IMG/VR virus record: IMGVR_UViG_641509473_000001
Span: 20,202 to 84,201 of that record
Source: a virus
Lineage: Duplodnaviria; Caudoviricetes
DNA: 64,000 nt
Strand: one strand, 5' to 3'
Shown here: one piece after another, positions 1 through 9,722 of the stretch
Layout of the letters: every line of letters starts with the position of its first letter
How positions within the stretch are numbered: position 1 is the first letter of the stretch
Made by a program: the position numbers and the translations under genes
Notes under the pieces: generated by a model
What the model saw: only the letters and a program-made list of their open reading frames with translations
Told to the model about the DNA's origin: nothing
The model's database searches: none

Positions 1-500
1 AGCTTATTGGCGTAGTCGCCATCCCCGGTAAAAGGCTCCAGGTCCTCGGCCCGAAGGGTCTGCAGGAACTGACGCCTAAGGACGCTAGAGCCCTTCACCA
101 TGCGGGCAAGGGCCTTGGCGCGCTTGAGCATCTTCTTCTGGAAGGTCTCGTTAAACTTGCTCAAGCGCTTCTCGGCGGTGGATAGCGCCTTGACGGTGGA
201 CACGTAGCGCCGCACGATGGCCTCGGCGGTCTTCTGGTCAAGGGGCTGGTCAAAGGTGGGAAGGTCGGGGTAAACCTCGCCAAAGATGTTGACCGCGCGG
301 CCATCCCAGAAGAGCTCCTTCAGGGTAACGGGCTCGCCCTGAGCGAGGCGCTCCGCCGCCTTGAAGAGAGCGTTGTTCTGAGCGGCGGAAACCACCGCGT
401 TCAGGGCGCTTTCCGCCGTGCCGGCCATCTCCCGCGCCTGAGCGAACACATCCGGCTTGTCCTGAACCTGCTTAACCTCTTGCTGAAGAACGTTCTGCAT
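1..500 (-). CDS. Hypothetical phage protein, runs off the window edge (MQNVLQQEVKQVQDKPDVFAQ...)
   Basis: Not in ORF track because no stop lies in the window. ATG at 500 preceded by AAGGAGG; frame open to position 1. Confidence 0.8.
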   Translation of the reverse strand, partial: MQNVLQQEVKQVQDKPDVFAQAREMAGTAESALNAVVSAAQNNALFKAAERLAQGEPVTLKELFWDGRAVNIFGEVYPDLPTFDQPLDQKTAEAIVRRYVSTVKALSTAEKRLSKFNETFQKKMLKRAKALARMVKGSSVLRRQFLQTLRAEDLEPFTGDGDYANK

Positions 501-501
501 C

Positions 502-945
502 CTATACCTCCTTACTGTATTTCCTCACCAGGGCGTCAATGGCGCCCAGGTCAGGCTCCTTGCTTGCTAGCGCGGAGAGCTCCTCAAAGAACGGAGTCTT
601 CCGCACCAACGACGACAAACGGTCCACCATGGCCGCTAGCGGCATGCCGTCCCGCAAATCCTGCAGAAAGAGCTGGTGTAGCTCCTTGCTATGCAAGGAG
701 TTGACCAGGAAGTCCGTGGAAAACGGGACCATCATGGGAGACGGTTCGTCCCACATGAGGTGCATGCCGTAGGAGTAGTCCATGGGGTTCGCGTCTACAA
801 CGGCCAAATGGCTAGGAACCGAGTTGAAAGTGAAGAAGAACGCCTCAAAAAGCGCCCTTAGGTACAGGTAGCTTTCATACGGGTCGGCGTTCTCCTTCAC
901 GCAAAACTTGGCTAGGGTTAGGGAAAAAGGGCTAGACGGCGACAT
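502..945 (-). CDS. Hypothetical protein (147 aa)
   Basis: ORF co-oriented and tightly packed with neighbours. Confidence 0.75.
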   Translation of the reverse strand: MSPSSPFSLTLAKFCVKENADPYESYLYLRALFEAFFFTFNSVPSHLAVVDANPMDYSYGMHLMWDEPSPMMVPFSTDFLVNSLHSKELHQLFLQDLRDGMPLAAMVDRLSSLVRKTPFFEELSALASKEPDLGAIDALVRKYSKEV

Positions 946-971
946 AAGAAAAACGGGACGCGAACGTCCCG
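946..971 (-). terminator. Intrinsic terminator downstream of gp39
   Basis: Minus strand CGGGACG-TTCG-CGTCCCG followed by TTTTTCTT. Confidence 0.8.
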
Positions 972-990
972 CTTCCAGACCTAGGTAGAC

Positions 991-1416
991 TTACAGGTCA
1001 ATAAACGCGTCCACGTGGCCCATAGCGCGCATGAGCCGCACATAGCTCTCGTTGTAGGTTACCTCGTCAAGCTCTAGGACCTCAGGCACGTCTTCCAACA
1101 CCACCGGGGCGTGGTAGAGGTGGAGGATGCCGTTGTCCCCTTGCCAGGCGTAGGCGTAAGCGTAAGGGCGAGCGGCGAGGCCAAGGCCCACGTGCTCAAA
1201 CCGGTAAATGGAGACCTTGACAAGCCGCACCCGGCGTTTCCTCTTTATCTCCTCTAAGCGCACGGGTCCAGGAGGGGTATAGAGGTCGCCCGAAGGCAGG
1301 AACATGCGCGGCGGAAGGGTGTCCAAGTCGGCGTCGTAAAACGTAGCAAGCTCCGTCTCGGCATCGGGTATAGCTTCGAAAAGGCGGATATACGGCTCCA
1401 CAAATCCCTCCACCAC
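991..1416 (-). CDS. gp39: Host RNA polymerase-binding antitermination factor gp39 (141 aa)
   Basis: Sequence MVEGFVEPYIRLFEAIPDAE...GHVDAFIDL and length recognised as P23-45 gp39. Confidence 0.85.
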   Translation of the reverse strand: MVEGFVEPYIRLFEAIPDAETELATFYDADLDTLPPRMFLPSGDLYTPPGPVRLEEIKRKRRVRLVKVSIYRFEHVGLGLAARPYAYAYAWQGDNGILHLYHAPVVLEDVPEVLELDEVTYNESYVRLMRAMGHVDAFIDL

Positions 1417-1419
1417 GTA

Positions 1420-2436
1420 CTATACCAGCTTTTTCTTGAGGGGGCAAGAGTCGTGGCAAAGCCCAAACCCCTCCATAACGCGGCAACTGAAACGAGGGCG
1501 CTTGGCCTCGGCCCAGTCGTAGGCCCTAGCCGCGTCGCTGGTGCGCTCCCGGTAAGAGGCGCGGGAGGCTCCGGGGTTGGACGCGGCCCAAGCGACGAGC
1601 TCTTCCTTAGTACGCCCAGAGCGCACGAAGAAGGCGGCGAGCTGGAGGGTAAGCGCGTGCCTGGTGCCGGGCTCTGGCGGCCCTTCTTCCAACAAACGTT
1701 GAAAGCAGGGCGGGGTGAAGCGGAAGACGTAATCGTCCGTTTCCGGCTCAGGCTCCGGCTCGGCAAGCTTTTCCTGGTACAAAGCCGCGAGTAAGGTAGA
1801 CCTACCCTTGAGCCTAGGCACAGGACGCGGCGTGCGGGCAAGCTCCAGCGCGTAAGGAATCTCTTCCGGGCTAAGGGCGACCTTGTAAAGCCCGGTGGTG
1901 CCGTGGCGGGTGTTGGCCGCGCGGAAGAGGCGCCTACGGGAGTAGGCCGAGGTGTCCAGCGGGTACTTAGGGTGGGCCAAAGCGCGGGCCATAGCCCTAA
2001 GGACCTTTTCCGGTTCGCGTTGTGGGCGCATACCCAACGCCTCGGCGGGCACTACCAGGTGAAAGCCCTTGGACCCGGAGAAGTAGAGGCGGAAGGGCTC
2101 CCCCTTCAAAAGGTCGGCGTAATGTTGAGCGGCCTCCACCGCCTGGTCCAGGCTAGGGTAGTCCAGGTCTAAGGCGAAGTCCATGAGGTGAAGGTGGTTT
2201 AACCCTTCCGGCGAAGCGGCCTTTTGCAGAGAAGCAAAGAGCGGTCCTTGGCCCACCTGCAGGCCGAAGATGGACTCCGGTCGCGTGGGGCTTAAGAAGC
2301 CTCGGTACCATCCGGCGGTGTGCAACGTGCCGCACTTGGGGCAGACCAGCACCCTGTTGGACTGAACGAGTCTACCCTCCCAACAGTCGGGACAGAGCTG
2401 GTCGGCCTCCCTATGCGTGGCCCACTCACGGTACAT
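1420..2436 (-). CDS. AEP-superfamily primase/prim-pol with N-terminal Zn ribbon
   Basis: CPDC...CPKC Zn ribbon; AEP motifs DLD and SGSKGFHL; C-terminal GTRH helical region and Cys cluster. Confidence 0.8.
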   Translation of the reverse strand: MYREWATHREADQLCPDCWEGRLVQSNRVLVCPKCGTLHTAGWYRGFLSPTRPESIFGLQVGQGPLFASLQKAASPEGLNHLHLMDFALDLDYPSLDQAVEAAQHYADLLKGEPFRLYFSGSKGFHLVVPAEALGMRPQREPEKVLRAMARALAHPKYPLDTSAYSRRRLFRAANTRHGTTGLYKVALSPEEIPYALELARTPRPVPRLKGRSTLLAALYQEKLAEPEPEPETDDYVFRFTPPCFQRLLEEGPPEPGTRHALTLQLAAFFVRSGRTKEELVAWAASNPGASRASYRERTSDAARAYDWAEAKRPRFSCRVMEGFGLCHDSCPLKKKLV

Positions 2437-2650
2437 GGGCAGGCGTACCGCGCAAGTTCTGGATGCGCTGACGCCTAGACTGACGCTCCTTGGCCTTCTC
2501 CTCCAGCCTCTGCTTGGCCTCTAGCAAGTTGATGCCCTGCTCCTGCATGGCCACGCCGAGGCTTTCCAGGAGCTGGCCGGTATAGATAAGCGTCTCGCCT
2601 CCAAACTTCAAAATGCCCGGTCCTATGGCGAACCAGAGGTCTTTAAGCAT
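2426..2650 (-). CDS. Hypothetical protein (MLKDLWF..., 74 aa)
   Basis: ATG at 2650 with AAGGAGGA SD, shorter than the track ORF. Confidence 0.7.
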   Translation of the reverse strand: MLKDLWFAIGPGILKFGGETLIYTGQLLESLGVAMQEQGINLLEAKQRLEEKAKERQSRRQRIQNLRGTPAHVP

Positions 2651-2906
2651 CGGAATCCTCCTTAGATAGCGTAGCTTCCGCCACCAGGGTCGTGAGGTAG
2701 GCCGTAAGCCCTTGTTCCACATATGGCGCGAGGTCATGATTGTCCTCCAAGCCGAGGACCAGGGCGACCGCGGCGGCGTGGTTGGCGATGAGCTCAGTAA
2801 CGGCCTCGGCGGGAAGCTCTCCAACCTTACCCGACACCACGCTATCCGCAAGCAGGATGCCGAAGTAGCGGGTGGAGGTCTCTACGAACTCCGAGTCCGG
2901 CTTCAC
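2643..2906 (-). CDS. Hypothetical protein (87 aa)
   Basis: GTG start with GGAGG SD, overlapping the upstream stop. Confidence 0.7.
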   Translation of the reverse strand: MKPDSEFVETSTRYFGILLADSVVSGKVGELPAEAVTELIANHAAAVALVLGLEDNHDLAPYVEQGLTAYLTTLVAEATLSKEDSDA

Positions 2907-3226
2907 GCCTGCACCTCCGCCACGTTCTCCGCCTGGACCAAGGCTTGATGCACCTCTTTAAGTTGAGCAATGAGGTCTTTCACCTCGTCCGCGGCGTCTA
3001 GCGCCACTTTCACGTGCTCCAAGAACGCTTTTGAAAGCTCCAGGTCCACTTCGCCTGGAGCGACGTCCTTGGCCGCCGTGTACATGGCAATAAGCCCACC
3101 TACGGGAACGCGCGCGTCGCCTAAGGCCGCGCCGAGCATCAACAAGGCGAAGTCCCTATACGAGGACTCCATCCTCAACGTCCCCACTAAAGTCCGAAAA
3201 ATCCCAGCCAGTACCTGGTTCTCCAT
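2903..3226 (-). CDS. Hypothetical protein (MENQVLAG..., 107 aa)
   Basis: ATG at 3226 with GGAGG SD. Confidence 0.7.
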   Translation of the reverse strand: MENQVLAGIFRTLVGTLRMESSYRDFALLMLGAALGDARVPVGGLIAMYTAAKDVAPGEVDLELSKAFLEHVKVALDAADEVKDLIAQLKEVHQALVQAENVAEVQA

Positions 3227-3533
3227 ACGCCTCCAAACGAATGCGGTCTTTATGGCTTTCCACACAGGAAAGCGAAGGTATGGGCGACAAGTCGTCGGTA
3301 TTGACGCAAAGATAGCACAAGGAGCAGTAGGCAAGACCCTTGCCCTCGCGCACGAAGCGGTAGAAGGTTAGGTCCACAATGGAGTCTACCGGCTCTTCCC
3401 CGTTCGTCGCGACGAAGAACGTGTCTTCGCCCGGCCTGAGGTTGTGGTCGTAGCCGGCAAGGGCGGGGAGGAGTTTTTGGATATCGCGCTCCGTAAGGCG
3501 TCCAACAAAGAATCGCTTATAACGATGAGCCAC
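3156..3533 (-). CDS. Hypothetical protein with Cys cluster
   Basis: ORF with CSLCYLC motif; overlaps both neighbours. Confidence 0.55.
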   Translation of the reverse strand: MAHRYKRFFVGRLTERDIQKLLPALAGYDHNLRPGEDTFFVATNGEEPVDSIVDLTFYRFVREGKGLAYCSLCYLCVNTDDLSPIPSLSCVESHKDRIRLEAYGEPGTGWDFSDFSGDVEDGVLV

Positions 3534-3919
3534 CCAGTACCCCCAAGGAATCGCTTTGGAAGCCTAATGGCTAAGACGTCATTGTGTCCTAGCCATTGGA
3601 CGACCGTCCTTGTAGGCTTCACCTCTATCGTACCACGTGTGTCAAGAGGGAGGTCCTCTAGCCTCAGTACGTGAAACTGCTTGTTTTGCAAGGAGAAGGT
3701 ACACGGCACGCTCTTCAAAAGGGTGGCAACCCCCTTGGCCGGGTTAGAGCGCATCTTGACCTCAACGCGCACTTCCCTATTCGCCAACGGTATCCGCACG
3801 TCGGAGGAAAACCGCCCGCCTAGGGCGCCGGAAAGCGGCACACGCCAGGCGGGCAGGCCCAAGCTCTGCAACAGGGCTACGAGCTCGTTCTCGTAGGTTC
3901 TTCCCTTGGCACGGCTCAT
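3386..3919 (-). CDS. Hjc-type Holliday junction resolvase (PD-(D/E)xK)
   Basis: KGRTYENEL, SG, DV, EVK motifs typical of Hjc-like resolvases. Confidence 0.8.
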   Translation of the reverse strand: MSRAKGRTYENELVALLQSLGLPAWRVPLSGALGGRFSSDVRIPLANREVRVEVKMRSNPAKGVATLLKSVPCTFSLQNKQFHVLRLEDLPLDTRGTIEVKPTRTVVQWLGHNDVLAIRLPKRFLGGTGWLIVISDSLLDALRSAISKNSSPPLPATTTTSGRAKTRSSSRRTGKSR

Positions 3920-4494
3920 TAGAAGGGAACGGCCTCTTCCTCAGGAAGCTCCGCCGCGGCGGCGATGGGTTGGGAGAAGACTTCCTGAAGCGAGAGGTAG
4001 ACCTTGTCGTTGTAGCTCCTAGCGCGAACGGTGAAGCTAATGGTGTACAGGCCGGGAGCGGTGATGTTGTCAACGTTCATCTCCACCGTGGGCGCCAAGT
4101 CTTGCCTAGAGTTGAGGTAGGGCTGGAGCACGGCCACCTTGAAGGCCCGGCCCCTCTTGGACTGCATCTCCTTCACTTCCAGGACCTGAGCCATCATCAA
4201 GCCGCGCACGGAGAAGTCTCCAGGCCCATGTACAATGCCGAAGTTGATACCCTCCAGGTTGATGAAGGTGCGGTTGTTAAAGGTGCGAAGACCAAGAGTG
4301 GCGTTGGCGAAGACAGGCTGGTTGACTGGAATCTGGTCCATAAGGTCCAGGTAAGGAACGGCGGGACCACCCATGAAGCGAATAGGAACGGGGGTCTCCT
4401 CGTTCTTGGACCCGATAAAGATGTCCAGAATCGGCGTGCCGTTGTCGGTGTACTTGAGCTCGTAGCCTTTGAACACTCCGTCAATGTGAATCAT
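3919..4494 (-). CDS. ssb: Single-stranded DNA-binding protein
   Basis: ELKYTDNGTP OB-fold start, probably two OB folds, acidic tail EEEAVPF. Confidence 0.75.
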   Translation of the reverse strand: MIHIDGVFKGYELKYTDNGTPILDIFIGSKNEETPVPIRFMGGPAVPYLDLMDQIPVNQPVFANATLGLRTFNNRTFINLEGINFGIVHGPGDFSVRGLMMAQVLEVKEMQSKRGRAFKVAVLQPYLNSRQDLAPTVEMNVDNITAPGLYTISFTVRARSYNDKVYLSLQEVFSQPIAAAAELPEEEAVPF

Positions 4495-4504
4495 CTAGTC
4501 CTCC

Positions 4505-5731
4505 TTAGATTTGGGTGAACTCGAAGTTAAGTGTATCGCCGTCAAACGTTCCTACTACAAATGGCGGAACGTTGCCCAAGCGGGCCTTTGGGGTGTAAGC
4601 GTGCACCTCTATGCCCGATGGAGTTCTCGCGGCGTCTTTGGGCTTAAAGAGTAAAGTGAGGGTGTGGGCGTACTGCTCAATGCGCCCGGAGCCCTCAATG
4701 TCGGAACGGTTGGGCGGAGCCTGACGGGAGTAGTCCCTTTTCTTTAACTGGCTCGTCCATATCATGCTTAGGCCGAGGTGCTTTCCAAGGGCGTAAAGGC
4801 GCTCGGCAAGCAGGCTCATGCGTTCGTATATGCCCTCGCCGTGCTCCACGCTCACGGCCTGCAGAAAGTCCACAAGCACGACAGGGGGTCCCATACGGGC
4901 GCCTTTAGCCTTCATGGCCTCGTACTGTTGATGAAACGCCTGCACCGCCGCGAGCACGGTGTCTAGGGTTACGGCGCTAGGGTCAATGATAAGACGCCTA
5001 GGCGTGCCGTCCGGGAGCTTGGCCAAGAGCTTTTGGGCTTTGGTTAGAGCGTCGGGGTCGTAATCCTTACGCAAGAGCCTACTGTAGGAAACCCCTGAGC
5101 CTACCAGGTGTTGCATGTAGCGGCTAACCCGCACCTCGGCGCTAAGCTCTACGCTAATGTCCAGGACCATAGCGCCCTGGTCGGTCAGGTCCAGGAGAAT
5201 CTGCTCGGCCAAGGCGCTCTTACCGGTTCCTGGTGTAGCGCCAATCACGAGAATGGAGCCGGGGTAGAAGACGTAGTTCAAGGCCGCGAGCTTGGGGCTT
5301 TTAAGCTCCCAGACTAGGGTGTCGGAAAGAAGCCCGGCGTTTATCTCCTGGAGCACCTCCTCCACCGATAAGCCGTGCCGGTCGGAAAGGAGCGGGCTTC
5401 GGGCTAAGAGGTCGTGCAAGGACTCTTCGTCGCGGCGCTCCGCCAACACTTGCAGGCGGTTAGCCCAAGCGTGGACCTTCCTCAACCAGGCGTTCTTGCG
5501 TATACGCTCCACCGCGCTAGGCGCCTCGTCTTCGGATAGAGGCTTGTCGGCGATGGTGAAGTCCAAGATGGGCTCGTTGTTGAGGAGGGCCTGCCAGAAG
5601 CGGCGGGCCTCGAAGTCGGCGAAGTCGTCCGGGCTAAGGTCGGGGTACCGCCGAACTAGCCTCCGGTTGTGGTAAGCGGCGGATACAAAGGCCCGCTCTA
5701 GCTTGTTATCCAGCATTTCTCCTCCTCCCAA
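4505..5731 (-). CDS. dnaB: DnaB-like replicative helicase
   Basis: Walker A GATPGTGKS, SVE, VDFLQ, SQL, GSGRIEQ and KAR motifs. Confidence 0.9.
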   Translation of the reverse strand: MGGGEMLDNKLERAFVSAAYHNRRLVRRYPDLSPDDFADFEARRFWQALLNNEPILDFTIADKPLSEDEAPSAVERIRKNAWLRKVHAWANRLQVLAERRDEESLHDLLARSPLLSDRHGLSVEEVLQEINAGLLSDTLVWELKSPKLAALNYVFYPGSILVIGATPGTGKSALAEQILLDLTDQGAMVLDISVELSAEVRVSRYMQHLVGSGVSYSRLLRKDYDPDALTKAQKLLAKLPDGTPRRLIIDPSAVTLDTVLAAVQAFHQQYEAMKAKGARMGPPVVLVDFLQAVSVEHGEGIYERMSLLAERLYALGKHLGLSMIWTSQLKKRDYSRQAPPNRSDIEGSGRIEQYAHTLTLLFKPKDAARTPSGIEVHAYTPKARLGNVPPFVVGTFDGDTLNFEFTQI

Positions 5732-6014
5732 AGCGCCCGCGCAAGATTAGGTCCGCCACCCAGTTGGGCGGATAGGCGGCGTAGCGCTCAAAGCCCAAGC
5801 GTATTTGCGTGGGCGTGTGATTCGCGAGCAGGAGGTCTACGCGGTCTGGCGTAACCCCTAGCGAGGTTAGCCAGTCGCGGTAGTCGCGGAGCCAAGCCGG
5901 TTCTTTACGTCCTTGAGCACTTCCAAGGGAAGGTCGCTCACCTTGGCGGCGTTGTGTTGCTTCAGGGCTTCGCGAAGGATGGGCAAAGCTTGGGTCATGT
6001 TCGCTTTGAGCCAC
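5706..6014 (-). CDS. Hypothetical protein (start uncertain)
   Basis: Fills the gap between the annealing protein and helicase; 5' part overlaps the upstream gene. Confidence 0.4.
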   Translation of the reverse strand: MAQSEHDPSFAHPSRSPEATQRRQGERPSLGSAQGRKEPAWLRDYRDWLTSLGVTPDRVDLLLANHTPTQIRLGFERYAAYPPNWVADLILRGRFGRRRNAG

Positions 6015-6541
6015 TCTAAAACCTCCTCCTTTTCTTTGTCGGCAGTCGAGCTAGCGTTGTTAGCAGGCTTAGGGGTGCTCGCGGGCTTGGGAGCGGCCTT
6101 GACGGGCTTGACGGGGCTATCCGCGAGATTAGGGCCTTTGGTGCCGTCCACCGGGCTAGTGTCCTCGCCCTCGTCAAAGTCGGCCACGGCGAACTGAGTG
6201 CCGAATCCGGCCAAGGCCAAGGCCCTTCCGATGGCCTTGGTCTCCGCCTTCTCGCGGAAGTCGCCAAAGTCGGTGCTGGTCTCGGAGCCCCAACCCACAA
6301 CCCGCTTCTTGACCTGACCCTGCTCGTCAAAGAGGGTAACGGTGGCCTTGAAGACCGCCTCGCGCACCTTGCGCCCGCGGTCCTCCCACTCCGTCTCCTT
6401 CACAAGCTCGGTATGCAGGTCAAACCGCGGCTCGGTCTCGTTAAGCCAGAGGATGCGGTAGGCCACCTGCAGATACTTCTTGCCTTTGAGGTCCATCAAG
6501 TAAGGCTTAGGGTCAAACATACTCTCCTCCTCTATCCACAA
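5867..6541 (-). CDS. Putative single-strand annealing protein (Rad52/Sak-like); likely start 6520
   Basis: YLQVAYRI...GWG...EKAETKAIGRALA.GFG pattern, then a Pro/Ala/Lys linker and small C-terminal domain; next to SSB and helicase. Confidence 0.6.
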   Translation of the reverse strand: MWIEEESMFDPKPYLMDLKGKKYLQVAYRILWLNETEPRFDLHTELVKETEWEDRGRKVREAVFKATVTLFDEQGQVKKRVVGWGSETSTDFGDFREKAETKAIGRALALAGFGTQFAVADFDEGEDTSPVDGTKGPNLADSPVKPVKAAPKPASTPKPANNASSTADKEKEEVLEWLKANMTQALPILREALKQHNAAKVSDLPLEVLKDVKNRLGSATTATG

Positions 6542-6923
6542 TCACCCTTCCGTCGTATAACCTACCTTCTAGCCAGACGAGTCCTTTGGCCTCCAGCAAG
6601 CTAGCAATAAGAGGCTTGCTCCAGACGTACGCGGTCAAACCGCCAAAGTACGCCTCTAGACTCAACTCGTAACCGTCGTCGTAGAGCTTCAGGCGGGGGC
6701 GGCCTATAAGCTTGGCCCGGCGCAAGGGGTTGGCACCCGGAGGAAAGTCCTCCAGGTGCACCACCTTGAGGCCGTGAGGCGTAAGTTCGCCCCTAACGCG
6801 GTACCAGCCGTATAGGGGCTTGTCCACCACGGTCAGGCTATCTATGTGCACTCCGCGGTGGAACGCCCCGGCAAGCTCCGCCTCCGCCCGCACCAGCAAC
6901 GAAGCGGGCGCTACATGTACCAT
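6513..6923 (-). CDS. Hypothetical protein (136 aa)
   Basis: ORF in operon with overlapping start/stop. Confidence 0.7.
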   Translation of the reverse strand: MVHVAPASLLVRAEAELAGAFHRGVHIDSLTVVDKPLYGWYRVRGELTPHGLKVVHLEDFPPGANPLRRAKLIGRPRLKLYDDGYELSLEAYFGGLTAYVWSKPLIASLLEAKGLVWLEGRLYDGRVIVDRGGEYV

Positions 6924-8602
6924 TCCGCCACCTCTTCAAAGATGGCCTGGATGGCCTTGAGCACGTCGTCAAACGTGTTGACGACAAACCTACGGGCCGC
7001 GGCCAAGGCCGAAGAGCTATAAGGCCGCTTTCTACCGGAGAGGTCCAACCAGTAGACCTTGATGCCGGAAGAGGTAACCTTCCTGAAGGCTTCTACTAGC
7101 CTGGACGAGCTTATCTCGCCGTCGGCAAGGTAGATGACCACGCGGTGCTTGGCCGGAGAAGCGCGAAGTACGCCGAAGGCGTGGCTAAGGGCGGAAAGGT
7201 CGCCGTTGTTGGACTTGTGGGTGATGGTGGCTAGCGCGTAGGGCAACACTAGCTCGCGCACGTATTCGTGATTGCCTAGCTCGTCCAACGGCGGCGGCAA
7301 AGCCGTGTCCCCATAGCCAAAGAACTGCATGCGCACGTCGGCGTTCTTGAGCCCTTCGTACAAGATGATAGAGGTGAGCTTAGCCAAGAACGCGCGATTG
7401 GAAGCCACGCCCGAAGCCGCGCCGAGAAAAGGCTCGCCGCTCCGCCCCTGAGAGATGTCGGTCAGTCCATAGATGGACGTGCCCATACTACCAGACTCGT
7501 CCACCAGGACCACCAGGTGTAGGCTACGCTCTTCCTCCGGTTCAATGCGCATGAAGGGGGAAATGTTGGCGGCAAGCGCTTTGGGCAAGAGGTGGGTGTT
7601 GAGCCTACCGGAGGAAGAAAGCTCACGGGTCAGGTCAGAGCGTATGGCGTTTTCGGCAATCTTGCGCAAAGCGTTGATGGGCTCTTTGACCACGTTAACG
7701 AGCTCGGCGTAGTGGCGTATAGCGCTTTGGCGAGGATGGGTAACAAAGAACACGTAAGAGCTATCGTTCGCCAAAGTGGGAAGCACGCGGGGCTTGAGCT
7801 CGTACACCTGCTCCACCCTATGGGCGTACTGCTCTACCCGCGTGTTCGGAGTTTCTATCGTAACGCCGGAGTTGATTTCCTCCTGAAGCTGGACAAAGCG
7901 GCGAAGATTGTCCAGCACGGCGTCTAGAAGGTTGGTGTTGGCGAGCAAGCTTTCGGCGTTTTGAATAGGCTCAGGAGGAACAGGCGGCCCTGGCTCCCGC
8001 TCGTAAGTCGGAGGCTCGAGGTCCGCGTGCGGAACATGATGAGGTTGCGCCAAAGTTTCCAGGGGAGGAAGCGGGCGGAAGTAGCGCTCCACCAGGGCGC
8101 TCAAAGCCTCCTTAAACTTAGGCGTTTCCTGGAAGAAGACGGGTTGCTGTACCAGGGCGACAAGGTCCCTAGCGTAGTCCATGAGCACCCCGGAGCCCTG
8201 GTTTACGGTTTGCCGTAAGAGTGGAAGCAGAATGGTAGAAGTAAACGCCTTCCAGGACTCCGTAAGGCCGGGAAAGCGCTCCAAGCTCACGCGGTAAGCG
8301 CGGTGGACGTTCCAGACGAACTCCGTCAAGCGCTTGATGTTGTCGGGAAGCCTACCGGCTATCTCCGAGGGCAAGGGCTCTTCAAAGTGCGCAAACAAGG
8401 AGTGGATGAAGCTAAAATCGGCGGCAAGGTGGTCAGGAAGGTCCTGTTGCGAAAGATAAGCCACGTAGGGAACGACCTTGCCGCCGTTGGTAAGCACTTT
8501 GGAGGCCACTTCGGTGGCTTCCATGATGTACGCCGCCGCCACGGTAGGAGACAGCGCACGAAGCTTGCTTACCTGCTTTAAGCCTTCCTGGGTCAAAAGC
8601 AT
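6911..8602 (-). CDS. vWA (MIDAS) domain protein
   Basis: SGRLN, LVDESGSM MIDAS motif, YLADG. Confidence 0.85.
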   Translation of the reverse strand: MLLTQEGLKQVSKLRALSPTVAAAYIMEATEVASKVLTNGGKVVPYVAYLSQQDLPDHLAADFSFIHSLFAHFEEPLPSEIAGRLPDNIKRLTEFVWNVHRAYRVSLERFPGLTESWKAFTSTILLPLLRQTVNQGSGVLMDYARDLVALVQQPVFFQETPKFKEALSALVERYFRPLPPLETLAQPHHVPHADLEPPTYEREPGPPVPPEPIQNAESLLANTNLLDAVLDNLRRFVQLQEEINSGVTIETPNTRVEQYAHRVEQVYELKPRVLPTLANDSSYVFFVTHPRQSAIRHYAELVNVVKEPINALRKIAENAIRSDLTRELSSSGRLNTHLLPKALAANISPFMRIEPEEERSLHLVVLVDESGSMGTSIYGLTDISQGRSGEPFLGAASGVASNRAFLAKLTSIILYEGLKNADVRMQFFGYGDTALPPPLDELGNHEYVRELVLPYALATITHKSNNGDLSALSHAFGVLRASPAKHRVVIYLADGEISSSRLVEAFRKVTSSGIKVYWLDLSGRKRPYSSSALAAARRFVVNTFDDVLKAIQAIFEEVAEWYM

Positions 8603-8610
8603 AGTTTACC

Positions 8611-9423
8611 TCACGCCTTGTACTGAGCCTTAGCCGCGGCCACCAGACCGTCCACCACCTCAAGGGACATGTTCGCCACGTAAGCCCCGCCCTTGGTAAC
8701 GAGCTCCACCGCGTCCACCGGGTTGACCCCGTTGGCGAGGAGGTGGGCGAAGTCCAGGGCCTCACGCACGGAGACGAGACCAGAGTCGGAGTTGTACAGG
8801 CTAACGATGAAGCCAACCTGAGCGTCGGTCAGGCTAGGCACCCGGTCCTTGAGGATGGTACCGAGCACCACAGGCTCAGGACGGGGGATGTACACCCAAA
8901 GGTGCCTTTCCTTCATGGCCCGGTCTAGCTTGGACACGGTGTACTCCACCCCGGCGTTCGCGGTAGAGATGAAGACGACGTTGTCCGTGCGAAGCAGGCC
9001 GTACCAGTCGGAGTAGAACTCACCCTGGGCCAAAGCGCGGAAGAGGCGGTTAAGAGCGGTGGGGTGCCCGCGGTTGATTTCGTCCAAGACGATGCCCACT
9101 TTGCGGCCTTCCTGTGCCCGGAGCAAGCCCTGCAAGAAGGGGGAGGGCTTTAAGAAGGTCTGGCCGTTCTGCAGGATGACGGTACCCTCAATGGCCACCG
9201 GGTCCAAGAGGCCGCCGATGTCCATCTGGTAGACCTCGTAGCCCCGCCATTCAAGAAGCGCGTGAGCGAGCGAGGTCTTAGCCACGCCGGAAGGCCCGGC
9301 CAAGCCCAAAGCCCGCTTGGACTTGGGAGCCGCGTCCAAAGCGGCATTCAGGATGGCATACACATTGCTAGGGACGTAAAGCTTCACGCCGTTGTGTTCA
9401 ATGGTCTGGATGTTCACGTTCAA
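8611..9423 (-). CDS. MoxR/CbbQ-like AAA+ ATPase
   Basis: Walker A GPSGVAKT, Walker B VLDEINR, TAN sensor, LDRAMKER arginine finger. Confidence 0.85.
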   Translation of the reverse strand: MNVNIQTIEHNGVKLYVPSNVYAILNAALDAAPKSKRALGLAGPSGVAKTSLAHALLEWRGYEVYQMDIGGLLDPVAIEGTVILQNGQTFLKPSPFLQGLLRAQEGRKVGIVLDEINRGHPTALNRLFRALAQGEFYSDWYGLLRTDNVVFISTANAGVEYTVSKLDRAMKERHLWVYIPRPEPVVLGTILKDRVPSLTDAQVGFIVSLYNSDSGLVSVREALDFAHLLANGVNPVDAVELVTKGGAYVANMSLEVVDGLVAAAKAQYKA

Positions 9424-9428
9424 CCTCC

Positions 9429-9722
9429 TTAAAAGACGTACGTGTCAGGAAGAACTTTTATTAGGTCTGGAGCGTCCAGGTCGGCTTTGCGGTAAAGCGT
9501 ATTGGCCAAAAGAATCGCCAACGAAAGGCTAGCCTCGTTGACCGGATTGAGCGTCAAGTGCTTGGTGCCTACTTCAATGTTGACGGTCAGGTTCTTGTAG
9601 CGAACATACAGAGGGGACAAGCTCACCACTAGAGGTGAATCCCGTTGGTTCTGCAGGTGCAGGAGCAGGTCAAAGACCCGCTTCCTAGCACCCTTATCTT
9701 TGAAGCCGAGCTTCAGGTCCAT
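9429..9722 (-). CDS. Hypothetical protein (97 aa)
   Basis: ATG with GGGAG SD. Confidence 0.7.
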   Translation of the reverse strand: MDLKLGFKDKGARKRVFDLLLHLQNQRDSPLVVSLSPLYVRYKNLTVNIEVGTKHLTLNPVNEASLSLAILLANTLYRKADLDAPDLIKVLPDTYVF

